64,000 nucleotides of DNA. Source: Chiloscyllium plagiosum. Lineage: Eukaryota. The stretch is taken from contig NC_057719.1 of the NCBI RefSeq assembly GCF_004010195.1, positions 18,042,476 through 18,106,475 on the forward strand, in the 5' to 3' direction. The position numbers were made by a program, and so were the translations under genes. Below are positions 61,713 to 64,000 of the stretch, piece after piece; positions within the stretch are counted from its first letter, which is position 1; every line of letters starts with the position of its first letter. Below the pieces are notes generated by a model. It ran no database searches, had not been told where the DNA came from, and saw nothing but the letters and a program-made list of their open reading frames with translations.

Positions 61713-61760
61713 AAACTGGCAGTGTGTGTAGACAGAGAAACAGAGTTAATGTTTTGAGTC
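61665..61760 (-). mobile_element. Family B PLE-like terminal fragment
   Basis: GGAAATCTGAAAG...GAAACTCAACAG...AGAGAAACAGAGTTAATGTTTTGAGTC matches 3908-3990. A more eroded copy lies at ~52140-52245. Confidence 0.65.
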
Positions 61761-63309
61761 AAAATTGGTGTGCTGAGGCTACTGGCAATGCTGACATTCA
61801 ACAATCTCAATTCACCCAGTAACTTGGATAGTAAAAACTCCATTGCACACTTTGTAAAGGATTAGTGAATTAACAAGGCCCACATTCCTTCATCATCCAA
61901 GGACAGATTAACAGCTCACTCACATTAGTGCTACTTGTGGGGTCCTGCTGTTTGCAAACTGGCAGCTGAGTTTGCCTTCACTGCAAATGTGCAGTTATTG
62001 TAATGCAAAGTCTTTAATTGTTGTTATGTTTTTGGTAAAAAGTGAGATATGACTGCTTGTGAATGTATTCCTAAGAAATAACTACAATCTTCTGTTCAGA
62101 TTTTTTTTTTGCTAGGAAGTCTCCCTATTAAGTATCACCTTCAGAGGGCCTTTTATATCAATGCATAGAATTGAATCGTAGATGGTTTTGACATAGAGTC
62201 CCACTCCCTGGCTCTTTCTCAGTAGCCATTCAGTTTTTCTTCCCCTTCAGATCTCTAATCAATATATTCTCAAATATAATATCATTAAATTTGCTTAGGG
62301 AAAAAAAATATTATGTCATACCCATGTTAGAATTTCACCTTTCTCTTGTTACTATAGAATTAAAATGACCCCAAATTTGGTGACCAATCTGAGTTTATTC
62401 TGAATTGTCACAGCGTTTGAAGTTTTAGAACAAAAATAATTTGTCTTTGTGTAGCATCCTTATTGTCCAGGAGCTGTTAATTATGGTTTAGGTTGTGATG
62501 TCACTAGTGGTCAAAGTGACATCAAAGTGTAGGCCCCCAACAACTACCAGAGCTAGAGGAGGGACTGAACTCATGTTGTTGGTATTACACATTACGCATA
62601 CACTCACCATCTAGCTAACCAACATCTCTCCAAGAGTCATTAAACTAAACAAACCCATCCCTTTTTGATTGATAACAATTACCTCATCTCACTGTCTTTC
62701 ACAATGCCATTACTTTCCAGAAATACATCTGTTATCTCTTAAAGTCATTTATAAAGTTTCACTGTTTACTTTGGTGGTTTTTCTCATTAATTCAATCCAA
62801 CTGTCTATTACCCGTTGTAAGATAGTTTTTTTCTCCTGATTTCCCTGCTGACTCCCAATTCTAAAGTTATCCCCTTTCGTTTATGAACCCTTTGACATCC
62901 AGAACAATTTGACTGAATCAAGCCTGTTCATAAATTCTGAAAACTTCTAATAGTTCCTCTCAAACATTTTTTTTGTTCAGATAATAAGAAGCCTATGCAA
63001 TTCCTCATGATAAATTGGATTGGATTTTATGTTTTCTTTTGGGAGGGTGAAGAATGCAGAAGGGAGACTATATGGTCCACTCACTCCCGCCTCCATTGTT
63101 TCTGCTTGTCCAATCGGGCACTGGTTGGCCAGTGAGAAAGAGGCCAATTAGAGATGTAGAAAAAGGGCCTAAGAATGATTGCTGACAAGAGCATCATATG
63201 TTATAGGGCTAAGATCATGACTATCAGTTCATGAGCCTCCTGTTGTCAGAGTCTCTTTTATGGAGGCAAAATGAGGCTATAATGATAATGTAATTGTCAT
63301 ACAGTATAA

Positions 63310-63650
63310 GGTATCGTAGCTCTGTGGTTCACACTGCTACCTCATCGCATCAGGGACCCATGTTTGATTCTAATCATGGGCGACTTTTGGTGTGGAATTT
63401 GCAAATTCTCCCCATGTCTATGTAAGTTTCTTCCAGGTGCTCCAGTTTCCTCCCACAGTCAAAAGACATGAAGGTTAGGTAGATTGGCCATGCTAAATTG
63501 CCCCATGATGTGTAGACTAGGTAAGTTAGCCATGATAAATGTGGGGTTTCAGGGAAAGCTGGGGGTGGATCTGGGTAATATGTTCTTCAGAGGGTTGGTG
63601 CAGACGCAATAAGCCAAATGATCTCTCCCTGCACTTTAGGGATTCTACAA
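63310..63650 (+). mobile_element. HE1-like V-SINE
   Basis: tRNA-like head, V-domain (GTGTGGAATTTGCAAATTCTCCCCATGTC) and GGATTCTA tail. Confidence 0.88.
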
Positions 63651-64000
63651 TGAAATTAAAAACATGTGCAAATACTACCACCTTCGCCAACACAGTCTGC
63701 TGCTATACTCAACCATGGTCCTGGTGGCAGAACCATTCTTCTGCCCTTGTCCTGCCCTGCCACAGCTGTTAGGAACATTTATTTTTTGTGTCTGGCACCT
63801 GAAAAAAAATGTAGCCAGCAATGAGAAATTTGCAGACCTTATTAGTCATTTCAGAATGGCAAGCAGACTGCAGCTATCCACGTTCACTTACCTTCTGTAA
63901 TTTCAGAGAATGGCATGATGAACCAATCTAATATCAACGCACACTGTTTTACATTCATTGTGAGATAGGGCCCACCCAATTCACGGCTGTGAAGTTCAAC

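Overview
Repeat-rich, non-coding vertebrate DNA. The repeat families (HER1-type CR1 LINEs, HE1/V-type SINEs, Deu-domain SINEs) point to a cartilaginous fish, probably a shark; this is inferred, not searched. I could not support any host protein-coding gene, so the window looks intronic or intergenic, and every long protein-like ORF lies in a decayed retroelement. Main contents: a near full-length CR1 LINE (~35.8-40.1 kb, zinc-finger/esterase ORF1 plus APE-RT ORF2), a long minus-strand CR1 (42.1-45.0 kb), about 15 further CR1 and L2-like fragments, about 10 SINEs, Tigger-like and other MITE relics, and one 945-N assembly gap. The most interesting signal is about 16 short insertions from at least four unrelated Penelope-like element (PLE) families. 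Each family carries its own minimal hammerhead ribozyme motif (CUGANGA, hairpin, GAAA, 4-nt palindrome, NUH). Copies show compensatory base changes, 7-14 bp target-site duplications (TSDs), frequent fold-back structure, and 5' ends that cluster at the ribozyme core. Two copies are still joined to PLE GIY-YIG coding sequence. Boundaries of old repeats are approximate (tens of bp); ribozyme and TSD coordinates were counted by hand.
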